From Candidatus Altiarchaeota archaeon (GTDB taxonomy: Archaea > Altiarchaeota > Altiarchaeia > IMC4 > SCGC-AAA252-I15), in the NCBI GenBank assembly GCA_043813075.1, contig JBDRLL010000003.1, forward strand, positions 54,606 to 118,605: a stretch of DNA of 64,000 nt, given 5' to 3'. The notes beneath the pieces were generated by a model that had not been told where the DNA came from, ran no database searches, and worked only from the letters and a program-made list of their open reading frames with translations. Each line of letters starts with the position of its first letter. The first letter of the stretch is position 1. Below are positions 27,745 through 37,024 of this stretch, piece after piece. A program made the position numbers and the translations under genes.

Positions 27745-29257
27745 GGGTATCGGCCAAGTGATAGGCTCCACTACACTAAGGAGCTTTCGTTTTGTGATAA
27801 AGGAGGGTGAGGAGGGGAAGGTCAAGAGGGATGAGTTCGTCACAGTCAGGGAGTCTGTGACAGGCAACAGGATACTCGGCGTCGTCAAGGACATTGTGAC
27901 TTCAAACGAGCTACTGCCGGACGAGTTCGGCCGCGACCTCAGGCTCGCAGACATTATACTGAAGGAGGGTGAGTATCCCGTACCAATAGTCAAGGTGCTT
28001 GGGATACAGGGGAGGGATGGGCTGGAACTCCCACGCCATGGCATAAAGCCGGGTGCGGTGGTGGAGTTGGCTGAAGACGAGATGCTGAAGGAGATACTCC
28101 ATCAGGAGGGTGGCAGGAGTGCTTTGATAGGGACTTTGTCCACCAGGGAGACTGTGCCTGTGGAGGTTAACATAAACGAGCTCGTGTCCAGGCATTGCGC
28201 AGTCCTCGCGATGACTGGTGCGGGGAAAAGCTATACTGTCGGTGTTCTGATAGAGGAGATAATGAAGAAGAAAGGGTCTGTCTTAGTGTTCGACCTGCAT
28301 GGGGAGTTCATAAACGTGAGGATGAAGGACTCGGGGGTAAAGGTGTATGATGTGGAGGGTAAGGACATGATAAAAGTTAACGTGGACTCGCTTTCATCCG
28401 GGGACTACGTGAACCTAATGCCAGACCTGACGAACACGCAGAGAGACCTTCTGGACGAGGTCCTGAATCTCGCGGACAAGTTCTACGAGAAATACGACTT
28501 GAACACCATACTGGAAGTCCTCTCCATAATCTACGACACGAAGAAGGGCGAGGAGCCGGGGGAGATGATATTCAACAACAGGGAGATAACGACGATAACC
28601 AAGAAGGTTACGCTCCCCACGATAGGCGCGCTCATGAGGAGGATAAGGAGGCTCGACAGGATCGGCGTCTTCAGTGTGAAGGGGACTCCACTGAACGAGA
28701 TAGTCAGGGAGAACCAGCTGACGGTATTCAACCTGTCTGAGGCGGACGAGAAGGTTAGTGAAATCATAGTGGCCGCCATGCTGAGGAACATATTCGACGC
28801 AAGGAAAAAATTCATGAGAGGAGGGGGCGGAGAGGGCCTGCCGACCCCGACGTTCATAGTCATCGAGGAGGCGCACAACTTCGCTCCTAGAGTGGTCGAG
28901 GCGGACTACATACCGTCCAGGGGGATAATAAGGAAGATAGCGAGGGAGGGGAGGAAGTTCGGCGTGGGGTTGTGCGTTGTGAGCCAGAGGCCTAACAAAC
29001 TGGATTCAGACGTGCTTAGCCAGTGCAACACGCAGTTCATAATGAAGATGGTGAATCCCGTCGACCAGGAGTATATAAGGCAGAGCGTGGAATCTGTTAC
29101 GGAAGATATTGTGAGGGATTTACCGAGCCTTTCAAGGGGCGAGGCCATCATATCCGGCAGCGCCATAAACCTGTCGGTACCCGCTAGGATACGTGAGAGG
29201 GAGACGGCGGTCGGCGGTCAGGATATTGATATCGTAGGTGTGTGGAATGGCAATTGA
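27743..29257 (+). CDS. HerA-like (DUF87) ATPase
   Basis: Walker A AMTGAGKSYTVGVL, Walker B FIVIEEAHNF, and VVSQRPNKLDSDVLSQCNTQFI (HerA/FtsK-like arginine finger region). Confidence 0.75.
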   Translation: MGIGQVIGSTTLRSFRFVIKEGEEGKVKRDEFVTVRESVTGNRILGVVKDIVTSNELLPDEFGRDLRLADIILKEGEYPVPIVKVLGIQGRDGLELPRHGIKPGAVVELAEDEMLKEILHQEGGRSALIGTLSTRETVPVEVNINELVSRHCAVLAMTGAGKSYTVGVLIEEIMKKKGSVLVFDLHGEFINVRMKDSGVKVYDVEGKDMIKVNVDSLSSGDYVNLMPDLTNTQRDLLDEVLNLADKFYEKYDLNTILEVLSIIYDTKKGEEPGEMIFNNREITTITKKVTLPTIGALMRRIRRLDRIGVFSVKGTPLNEIVRENQLTVFNLSEADEKVSEIIVAAMLRNIFDARKKFMRGGGGEGLPTPTFIVIEEAHNFAPRVVEADYIPSRGIIRKIAREGRKFGVGLCVVSQRPNKLDSDVLSQCNTQFIMKMVNPVDQEYIRQSVESVTEDIVRDLPSLSRGEAIISGSAINLSVPARIRERETAVGGQDIDIVGVWNGN

Positions 29258-29492
29258 GGATTTGAGGAAGAAGATCGACTCAATGGACGACAAGATACTG
29301 GGGATGATAGAGGAGAGGGTGGATTTGGCTAAGAGGATTGGGATTGTGAAGCGGAAGAAAAACCTGCCCATAGAAGACGCTGACAGGGAGGGTGAGGTGC
29401 TCGCTAGGATGGCGAGGAAGACGAGGCTCAAGAAGGATTTCGTGAGAAAAATCTTCGAAGACATAATATCCTACTGCAGGGAAGTACAGTGA
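29238..29492 (+). CDS. aroQ: chorismate mutase (AroQ class)
   Basis: 84 aa; LRKKIDSMDDKILGMIEERVDLAKRIGIVKRK... matches AroQ helices; overlaps the herA-like 3' end by 20 nt. Confidence 0.75.
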   Translation: MCGMAIEDLRKKIDSMDDKILGMIEERVDLAKRIGIVKRKKNLPIEDADREGEVLARMARKTRLKKDFVRKIFEDIISYCREVQ

Positions 29493-29499
29493 CGAGTAC

Positions 29500-30345
29500 T
29501 CACACAACCCTTCTCCTCTGCTGAGGAGGCTGCTCCCTTCTAATGACCCTTCCATCAATTACGTTCGGGTCCGGCCGGTCATGCCTTATCTGATCGGCAT
29601 GATGAGTCAGCATTTCCGGGCCTTTATGCCCTATCGCAGGCTGCGTACTTACTTCAGATAATCCGGAGAAGTCGGTTGAAAAACCCTCCCGTTGGACTGT
29701 CTTATCACATAATTGGACGAGCCTCTGGAATCTGCCCCATGTGGATGCACCACCCTTCAGAAAATCATCTATAGGCTCCGAGTTGGCTGGATCTGGAAGC
29801 ATGCCGAATTCTGAGAAGCCGAAGCTGTTATATAGGAAGTTGAAGACCTGGGTTGCCATGGCCTGCTGCTGTGGGTCTGCGATCGGCGGAACCTCCTCAG
29901 CCCGCTGTGTTGATGCATCAACCCCCCTGTGCAAAGCAGACATCTCGCTCTCGGTGAATGGACCCAAAGCCCTTACGGGACCGAGCTCGCCATTACCATC
30001 CAAGTCCATCTTGAAGTTCCTCCACAACCGGAAGCCTTTACCTGTCCGCGGGTCATATAATTCGAAGGCTATGTGATTATGCTCCATCCCACCCTGGGGG
30101 AGGGAGATGTTAGCGTCCATGTATATTGTCGCCTGTGGGCTCCGCCATACCTCATCGTGAACAGTCCTTAATGGCTCAGGTGGCGAGACATCCATAGCAA
30201 GCCTCTGGCGGGCAGTCACCCATTTGAAGGCAGGGCCTCTGCCATATTTTGCGCCAGAGTGCTCAAAACTGTTGCTGACGAGAACCTCGCCCGGCTCCTT
30301 GTCGTCAACCCCCCTCTCCATCCTAGAGTACCTTGAGATAGCCAT
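29500..30345 (-). CDS. hypothetical protein
   Basis: 281-aa ORF, no recognisable motif; divergent from the next unknown. Confidence 0.4.
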   Translation of the reverse strand: MAISRYSRMERGVDDKEPGEVLVSNSFEHSGAKYGRGPAFKWVTARQRLAMDVSPPEPLRTVHDEVWRSPQATIYMDANISLPQGGMEHNHIAFELYDPRTGKGFRLWRNFKMDLDGNGELGPVRALGPFTESEMSALHRGVDASTQRAEEVPPIADPQQQAMATQVFNFLYNSFGFSEFGMLPDPANSEPIDDFLKGGASTWGRFQRLVQLCDKTVQREGFSTDFSGLSEVSTQPAIGHKGPEMLTHHADQIRHDRPDPNVIDGRVIRREQPPQQRRRVV

Positions 30346-30417
30346 TTTAGGTTAGAATCTGGGAATGCATGGAATAAATATCATGTTTTATCCGCCTATT
30401 GCGGTAATTATATCATC

Positions 30418-31551
30418 ATGGCCGCGTTAATGAGCCCTGCACCAGCGGACCCGCGACAGCAGGCGGGTATTGACGACCGTCAGACGCAGAGGGTGTTGAG
30501 GATAGTCTTCGTGCAGGGGCCTCACACCTCTGAGAGGGAGGCTTTGGCGCTGAAGGATGCGATAGGCAGGGCGGACGTGTTCAGCCCGGAATACAACTTC
30601 GGTTCAGAGAGCGGGTTAAGGCAGGTGGAAGACAGCTACCGCCGGATGTTCGGCCTGCTTGCTGAGGGGAAGAACGCGGAATTCGATGGGAGGCGTGATC
30701 TGGAGCGGAGCAGGGAGATGGCACACGGGACATGCCCGCGTTTCGTGAACACGCAAGACGACCTGATTTACGAGGCTAGGACGCCGGTTTTATATGTCGA
30801 GAGATTCAGCGACGAGGAAGCCCGGAGATACGCTAGGATGCAGCATCAGACCATGGCTCTCGCTAGGGACTCTATCGTCAGCTTCATAAGCGGGGACTTC
30901 AATGGGGCGTTGAATAACACGCTACAGCAGGTGTCTATGGAAGCCATGCTGGAGATGGCGAGGGAGGACAACATCATACGCAATGCCCAGCAGGCCATCC
31001 CAAGGATATTGGAACACTATCCGATGCTTGCGAGAAAGAGCGAGCTAACATATGTGGTCTCCCTCGGTTCGACACACACAAGGCCGGGTGAGGAATTATC
31101 AAGACTACAGTCAGACAGGTTCAGGGTGGAGGTGTTGAACGAGCATGCGGACGTGCTTCCCACAACAAGGACTGAGCTGATAAGGGGGATAAAAACAGGT
31201 GGCGTCCCACAACTGGATGACGTCGCAGAACAGCTGGGGAGATGTGTTCTAGAGGACTTGACGAAAATGTTCGTCCCGAAAGACCATCCACTCCAGGAAA
31301 GCTATCTTGCAAAAGAACTGACATTAAAGGCGATGGCATCCAGAGTACCGCTGGATGATATCAGGGGACTGTGCAGGACTCTCGGAGAGGGTGGTAGGGA
31401 GGGGAGCGCCTCAACAGACAAGCTTAAAGAACTATTGAACGGGGTATACGCTAGGAACGGTGTTGAAGTAGACCTCGACTTCAACGTCACTCAGGTGAAC
31501 AGGATGCTGCAGACATCCTACCCATCGTTTGGTGAAAGATACCGGATATAA
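30418..31551 (+). CDS. hypothetical protein
   Basis: 377-aa ORF, helical/charged, no motif recognised. Confidence 0.4.
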   Translation: MAALMSPAPADPRQQAGIDDRQTQRVLRIVFVQGPHTSEREALALKDAIGRADVFSPEYNFGSESGLRQVEDSYRRMFGLLAEGKNAEFDGRRDLERSREMAHGTCPRFVNTQDDLIYEARTPVLYVERFSDEEARRYARMQHQTMALARDSIVSFISGDFNGALNNTLQQVSMEAMLEMAREDNIIRNAQQAIPRILEHYPMLARKSELTYVVSLGSTHTRPGEELSRLQSDRFRVEVLNEHADVLPTTRTELIRGIKTGGVPQLDDVAEQLGRCVLEDLTKMFVPKDHPLQESYLAKELTLKAMASRVPLDDIRGLCRTLGEGGREGSASTDKLKELLNGVYARNGVEVDLDFNVTQVNRMLQTSYPSFGERYRI

Positions 31552-32389
31552 CCCTCCGGCATTTATTTTAGTCGTAAAAGGTAATATTCAAGGGGAAATG
31601 ACTGATAATATCGGAGTATTAGGGCCTAAGGGCACTTTCACTGAGCAGGCTGCCAGTAAGCTCTATCCTGGAGCAGGTTTCACGTACCTGGATGATGTGG
31701 GGGATGTCTTCGAGTACGTTAACTCCGGGAAGGGGCTTGGCGTCGTGGCCATCGAGAATTCCCTTGAAGGCAGTGTCGGGAAGACGCTCGCCTGCCTCAT
31801 GGAGTACGACCTGAAAATATGCGGTGAGACGACGCTGGACATAAACCTCTGCCTTATAGCTGATGAGGGGGTTTGTGTGGGAGACGTGAGGATAGTTAGG
31901 TCGCACCCGCACGCCCTCGCCCAGTGCAAGAAGTACTTCAAGGAGAAGATGCCTGGAGTGAAGACGCAGACGACTACAAGCACTGTGACGGCGATAAAGG
32001 AGGTTAAGGGAAAGAAGGATGTTGCGGCGGTCGGACCGCGAGAGGCTGCTGGAGAGTACGGCCTCACCGTCATCGCAGAGAACATTCAGGACTTGGACAG
32101 TCAGACACGGTTCATCGCAATCTCGGAGGAGGGGGTATGGGGGGACAAGACTTCGGTCATATTCGCGTTGAAGGATAAGCCTGGCGCATTATACAACATA
32201 CTCAAGATTTTCGCTGAAAACAAGATCAACCTGACGAAGATAGAGAGCAGGCCATCCAGGAGGAAGCTTGGTGAATACGTGTTCTTCATGGACTTCAACA
32301 ACAACGGACTCGATAAGGAGGGTGTTGACGGTCTGCTGGATGAGATGAGGGATGACACGACATTCCTCAAGTATCTCGGAAGCTACTGA
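31529..32389 (+). CDS. pheA: prephenate dehydratase with C-terminal ACT domain
   Basis: IGVLGPKGTFTEQAA, ESRPS (TRF-like) and an ACT domain (VIFALKDKPGALYNILKIF). Confidence 0.85.
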   Translation: MVKDTGYNPPAFILVVKGNIQGEMTDNIGVLGPKGTFTEQAASKLYPGAGFTYLDDVGDVFEYVNSGKGLGVVAIENSLEGSVGKTLACLMEYDLKICGETTLDINLCLIADEGVCVGDVRIVRSHPHALAQCKKYFKEKMPGVKTQTTTSTVTAIKEVKGKKDVAAVGPREAAGEYGLTVIAENIQDLDSQTRFIAISEEGVWGDKTSVIFALKDKPGALYNILKIFAENKINLTKIESRPSRRKLGEYVFFMDFNNNGLDKEGVDGLLDEMRDDTTFLKYLGSY

Positions 32390-32431
32390 AACGAGCATAT
32401 TTCATTAACTAAGACCTATTATTCTATCCAG

Positions 32432-34687
32432 ATGTTTGTGGAACACCCGCTCGTGAGGAAGGATAAGCTGAGGCTCAGGAGGTATCAGGAGGCGGTGGTA
32501 GCCAGGGCCATAGACGAGAACACCCTGGTCGTGCTGCCGACAGGATTGGGCAAGACTATTGTCGCGGCGATGGTGGCGGCAGTACGGCTTGGGAAGTACC
32601 CGAACTCCAGGGTGCTTTTTGTCGCGCCCACTAAGCCGCTGGCAGTCCAGCACGAGAAGACGTTCAGGGACCTGCTGACTGTGGAGGAGACCACGGTACT
32701 AACCGGCCAAGTTAGTTCTGAAAAGAGGAGGGAGCTGTGGAACACCAGCAGGATAATATTCGCGACACCGCAGACAATACAGAACGACTTGTACAGGGGG
32801 TTGAAGCTGGATGACGTGTCGCTGATAATTTTTGACGAAGCCCACCGGGCTGTCGGGGACTACAGTTACGTTGGCATAGCAGGGGACTACGTGAAGCAGT
32901 CGCCCTACCCGCTCATACTGGGGCTGACCGCTTCACCCAGCTCGGAGCGGGAGAAGGTGGGGGAGATAAGGAAGAACCTTTTCATAAGGAACATAGAGGC
33001 CAAGACCGAGCACGACAGGGACGTGAAGCCTTACGTCCAGGATGTGAAGGTTGATTGGGTTAGGGTCGAGCTGCCGGAGGAGATAAAGGAGTTGAAGACC
33101 GTTCTTGAGGATGTTCTGAGGGAGCAGTTGAAGAACCTGAAGGAATACGGGTACCTTGAGAGCGCGCAGATACAGAAGGTCAACAAGAGGATGCTCTTGG
33201 GGATACAGCATGAGATAAGGAAGGAGATAACGGGGGGGATGGATTCTTACGGGCCGGCGTCGCTGGTGGCTTCGGCGATAAAAGTCAACCACGGGCTGGA
33301 GCTCCTTGAGACGCAGGGCGTTACCGCGCTACACGAGTACTTTAAGAGGATGTTCAGCCAGAAGACGAAGGCTGTTAGAAAGCTTGTTGGGGACCATCGG
33401 ATGATAAAGGCCTCATACACGGCGAAGAAGCTCATTGAGGAGGGTGTTGAACACCCCAAGCTGGACGAGCTCGTGAAGATAGTGACGAGACACAGGGACC
33501 AGAAGGTGCTGGTGTTCACACAGTACAGGGATTCGGTTGACAAGATAATAGAGCGGCTGAACGAGGCCGACATACTAGCGCACGAGTTCATAGGTCAGGC
33601 TGCGAGGGGCGTTAGCAAGGGGATGACGCAGAAGAAGCAGATAGACGTGTTGGAGAAGTTCAAGGAGGGCGCATACACTGCTTTGATAGCGACCTCGGTC
33701 GCTGAGGAGGGGTTGGACATCCCTAAGGTGGATGCCGTAGTCTTCTACGAGCCGGTGCCTTCGGAGATAAGGAGCATACAGAGGAGGGGTAGGACAGGCA
33801 GGAGTGCTGCGGGGAAGGTCTACGTGCTTATCGCGAAGGGGACGCGGGATGAGGGATACTATTGGGCTTCAGTGCACAAGGAACGGAGGATGGGGAATAT
33901 TGTCAGGGAGTTGAGGAGCGGGCTGGACAAGCAGCAGAGCCTCGAGGATTATGACGCTGGGGGGATTAGTGTGGAGGATAAGGTGGAGACGCCAGCGGCT
34001 TACGGGCAGCAGAGCATAGCCCAATACTCTTTCAGGGACTCTGATGAAGTCAGGATATTCGTGGATGTGAGGGAGCGGAACAGGAACATACTCGACCAGC
34101 TTAAGGAAAAGGCGGTCATAGAGGTGAGGCAGCTTCCGGTTGGAGACTATTTGCTGTCGGACAGGGTGTGTGTGGAGAGGAAGACTATGGAAGACTTCCT
34201 GCAATCGATTATAGACAAGAGGCTTATGCAACAGCTGACTGAGATGCGGCGGAACTTCATGATGCCTGTGCTCCTGGTGGAAGGGTGGAGCAACCCATAC
34301 TCTATGAGGGACATACACCCTAACGCCATAAGGGGCGTACTAGCGTCCATCGCAGTGGACTTCGAGGTGAGCATCATACCAAGCATGGATGAGGCGGACA
34401 CGGCCGGGATACTCTACGCGATGGCGAAGCGGGAGCAGGTGGATGAAAACAGGGTTGTGGGCTTGAGAGGAGAGCGCAAGCCGCTCACCCTGGAGGAGAG
34501 GCGCAGATACGTTGTGGAGTCGCTGCCAAACGTTTCCGCGGTACTGGCAGGCCGCCTGCTGGATGAATTCGGGAGTGTTGAGGGTATTATGACCGCGTCT
34601 GAGAGCGATTTGATGCGTGTTGAGGGGATAGGCGGGAAGAAAGCGGCTGAAATCAGGAATGTTGTGAAGAGCAAGCACGATAAATAG
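32432..34687 (+). CDS. hef: Hef helicase-nuclease (long form: SF2 helicase + ERCC4/XPF nuclease + HhH2)
   Basis: LVVLPTGLGKT (motif I), DEAHR (II), helicase C motifs (VATSVAEEGLDIP, QRRGRTGR), ERCC4 nuclease GDYLLSD..VERK, C-terminal tandem HhH. Confidence 0.85.
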   Translation: MFVEHPLVRKDKLRLRRYQEAVVARAIDENTLVVLPTGLGKTIVAAMVAAVRLGKYPNSRVLFVAPTKPLAVQHEKTFRDLLTVEETTVLTGQVSSEKRRELWNTSRIIFATPQTIQNDLYRGLKLDDVSLIIFDEAHRAVGDYSYVGIAGDYVKQSPYPLILGLTASPSSEREKVGEIRKNLFIRNIEAKTEHDRDVKPYVQDVKVDWVRVELPEEIKELKTVLEDVLREQLKNLKEYGYLESAQIQKVNKRMLLGIQHEIRKEITGGMDSYGPASLVASAIKVNHGLELLETQGVTALHEYFKRMFSQKTKAVRKLVGDHRMIKASYTAKKLIEEGVEHPKLDELVKIVTRHRDQKVLVFTQYRDSVDKIIERLNEADILAHEFIGQAARGVSKGMTQKKQIDVLEKFKEGAYTALIATSVAEEGLDIPKVDAVVFYEPVPSEIRSIQRRGRTGRSAAGKVYVLIAKGTRDEGYYWASVHKERRMGNIVRELRSGLDKQQSLEDYDAGGISVEDKVETPAAYGQQSIAQYSFRDSDEVRIFVDVRERNRNILDQLKEKAVIEVRQLPVGDYLLSDRVCVERKTMEDFLQSIIDKRLMQQLTEMRRNFMMPVLLVEGWSNPYSMRDIHPNAIRGVLASIAVDFEVSIIPSMDEADTAGILYAMAKREQVDENRVVGLRGERKPLTLEERRRYVVESLPNVSAVLAGRLLDEFGSVEGIMTASESDLMRVEGIGGKKAAEIRNVVKSKHDK

Positions 34688-34713
34688 GTTACTACCAATT
34701 CATAACAGACACC

Positions 34714-37023
34714 ATGGACTCCGATGCTGAGAGAAGGCTTTTATGGCGGAAGATAGGGCAGAGGGAGAAGCAGAGGCGGAATAACATAGAGGAGATTAAG
34801 AAGATAATACACTCCGGCGACCCCACAGGCAAGAAGAACGCCAAGACTCTGCTGAGGCTTGTGCTGCATGGCGAGGGCATAAAGTCCAGTGAAGCCAGCA
34901 AGATGATAGGTGTGGGCAGGAACGTCATAGACCAGTGGGCTAGACTGCTGGAGGATAAAGGCCTTATAGTAGTGGACGCCCACGGACACCCTGACCCAAA
35001 GCTGATGCCAAGCCAGGAGATTCTGAATAAACTCAACAAATACAAGCAGGAGAAGCTGAACCTGACGCTCGGCGAGGAGATACTCTCCTATGAAAGCGCT
35101 CTGGAGAAGAAGAAGGAGGAGTTGACTAAGGAGCATGAGGAGAAGATAAAGCTGGGGGAGGATTTGGAGAAGATAAAGCTTCAGCTGGCTGAGAAGGAGG
35201 AGGAGCTGAAGAAGGAGCATAGGGAGCGTCTTGACCTGGAGAAGAGGATGGTGGAGATTGAGGGGGATGCTGCCGGCGAATACGATGAGAAGCTAAGGAT
35301 GCTTAGGGAGCAGTTGAACCGTGAGCGCACGGAGCGCATGAAATTCGAGACCTTGATGAAGGAAGAGCATGATAAGCTGCTTGCGGCTGAGGAGGAGAAG
35401 AGGAGGGCGTGCGCTAAGATGGAGGAGGAGCTTATGAAGCGTGAGGCTGAGATACTGGACAGGGAGAAGTCTCTTGAGGAATACGAGGAGCTTGACGCCA
35501 TCTTCGGTGATGACGTGGAAGATAAGAGGATAAGTGACGCGAAGAAGAGCATCGACACCATCAGGGAGAGGATTGGTAAGGTGGGTGAGAAGATTGCTGG
35601 AGTGGATGATGAGTTAGGGCAGGATATACGGAGCATATTCTCTGATGAGGAGGATTTAGCCAGGATACTTGGGGAAGAGCTTGCACTGCTGAAGAGGAGG
35701 ATGGCTGATCTGGAGTCAGCAGGGAAGGGCCTGAAAGCGGATGGTTCAGGAAAGCCGCCGGACGAGAAGCCACCCGCACCACCCACCCCGCCAAAGCCAC
35801 CGGAGCCCGCATTTGGTCTGGATGCGACTGCAACAGCATTATCTGACCGGACTCCGGAAAGTGTGGTTCCAAAAACAGGGAAGCTGAAGCCTCCAGCACC
35901 ACCGACACCGCCAACACCTCCAGGACCGCCTGAGCCAGTGGATGAGGGCAAGGCCGTGGCGGAGCTGAAGACAGAAGCCGTTGCAGAGAAGAGGGAGACT
36001 ATAAAACCAACAGCAACGCCTGCGGCAGCAAAACCAGATGCGCCCACACCAAGGCAAACCACACCCCCATCACAGACTACGCCATCAACAGCAGCATCAG
36101 AGCCGACGGCCGCACCACCGGCAAAAACAAAGGTAACCCCACAATCGCCGGCACCAACACAGGAAAAAACAACAATACAAAAGCCGCCAGTGATCACTAG
36201 AACGCATACTACAGCACAGACACATCCTACCACAACGCCCGCAGGGCAGGTGACTGCGCCGACAACGCAGGCAAGAACACCAATCACTCCGCCAACATCG
36301 CCGACACCAACACAGGAAAAACCAACAACCAGTCAGCCGTCACATATCAATCAAAAAACGCCGGCAGAGCAGGGTACACCAGATGAAGAGCCGAGTGGAA
36401 AACAAGCAGAGGGAAAAACGCCGGCAACACAGGCAGGACCTCCAGAACCTCCTGGAAAACCAGGAGGAAAAGAGGAGGCTCAAGCAAAGCCGGAAAAGCG
36501 TATAGCCAGCATGGAGGAGATGAGGAAGGCTCTTGAAGAGCCGGAAGAAGAGGGAGGAATCGTTTTAAAACCCCCCAGACCACCCTCCAATGAAGAAGAG
36601 CATCCCCATGAGATACCGCTGCCCCCTGAGACAGAGGAGAAAATGATGGAAGACGAGGAGCCGGTGCGCAGGATAGCGAGCATCGAGGAGATGCGGAAGA
36701 TATTCATAGATGATAAGGAAGACGAAAAAGCGAAGGAAGAGGAGAAAAAACTCGGAGTCGACATCGAAAACCTGATCGAACTGCTGGAAAACAAGAAGAT
36801 AATCAAGATTAATGATGCTTCTAAAGCCATAGGCGTGAACGATAACACCATAAGGATATGGGCCAACAGGCTGCAGGAGAAGGGTGTGGTGACGGTAAAG
36901 AAGCATTTGATGAGGGAGGATGAGATACTGCTGAACCCGTACGTGAACACCAAGGAGATAATAGAAGCGCATGAGGCAGAGCGGATAAGGGAAGAGATTA
37001 AAAAACTGCATAAGGAACAATAA
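34714..37023 (+). CDS. large coiled-coil protein with Pro/Thr-rich low-complexity core and HTH-like modules at both ends
   Basis: 769 aa; N-terminus (MIGVGRNVIDQWARLLEDKGLIVV) and C-terminus (AIGVNDNTIRIWANRLQEKGVVTV) share a motif; long E/K-rich heptad region; ~250 aa of PPxPTPP / TTPxQT repeats; internal repeat IAS(M/I)EEMRK. Confidence 0.5.
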   Translation: MDSDAERRLLWRKIGQREKQRRNNIEEIKKIIHSGDPTGKKNAKTLLRLVLHGEGIKSSEASKMIGVGRNVIDQWARLLEDKGLIVVDAHGHPDPKLMPSQEILNKLNKYKQEKLNLTLGEEILSYESALEKKKEELTKEHEEKIKLGEDLEKIKLQLAEKEEELKKEHRERLDLEKRMVEIEGDAAGEYDEKLRMLREQLNRERTERMKFETLMKEEHDKLLAAEEEKRRACAKMEEELMKREAEILDREKSLEEYEELDAIFGDDVEDKRISDAKKSIDTIRERIGKVGEKIAGVDDELGQDIRSIFSDEEDLARILGEELALLKRRMADLESAGKGLKADGSGKPPDEKPPAPPTPPKPPEPAFGLDATATALSDRTPESVVPKTGKLKPPAPPTPPTPPGPPEPVDEGKAVAELKTEAVAEKRETIKPTATPAAAKPDAPTPRQTTPPSQTTPSTAASEPTAAPPAKTKVTPQSPAPTQEKTTIQKPPVITRTHTTAQTHPTTTPAGQVTAPTTQARTPITPPTSPTPTQEKPTTSQPSHINQKTPAEQGTPDEEPSGKQAEGKTPATQAGPPEPPGKPGGKEEAQAKPEKRIASMEEMRKALEEPEEEGGIVLKPPRPPSNEEEHPHEIPLPPETEEKMMEDEEPVRRIASIEEMRKIFIDDKEDEKAKEEEKKLGVDIENLIELLENKKIIKINDASKAIGVNDNTIRIWANRLQEKGVVTVKKHLMREDEILLNPYVNTKEIIEAHEAERIREEIKKLHKEQ

Positions 37024-37024
37024 G

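Noticed and set aside
35181-36287. 368-aa minus-strand Gly/Ser/Ala/Val-rich ORF
   Set aside because: Antisense of the Pro/Thr-rich low-complexity core of the 34714-37023 gene; open only because the sense strand lacks stop-complement codons.
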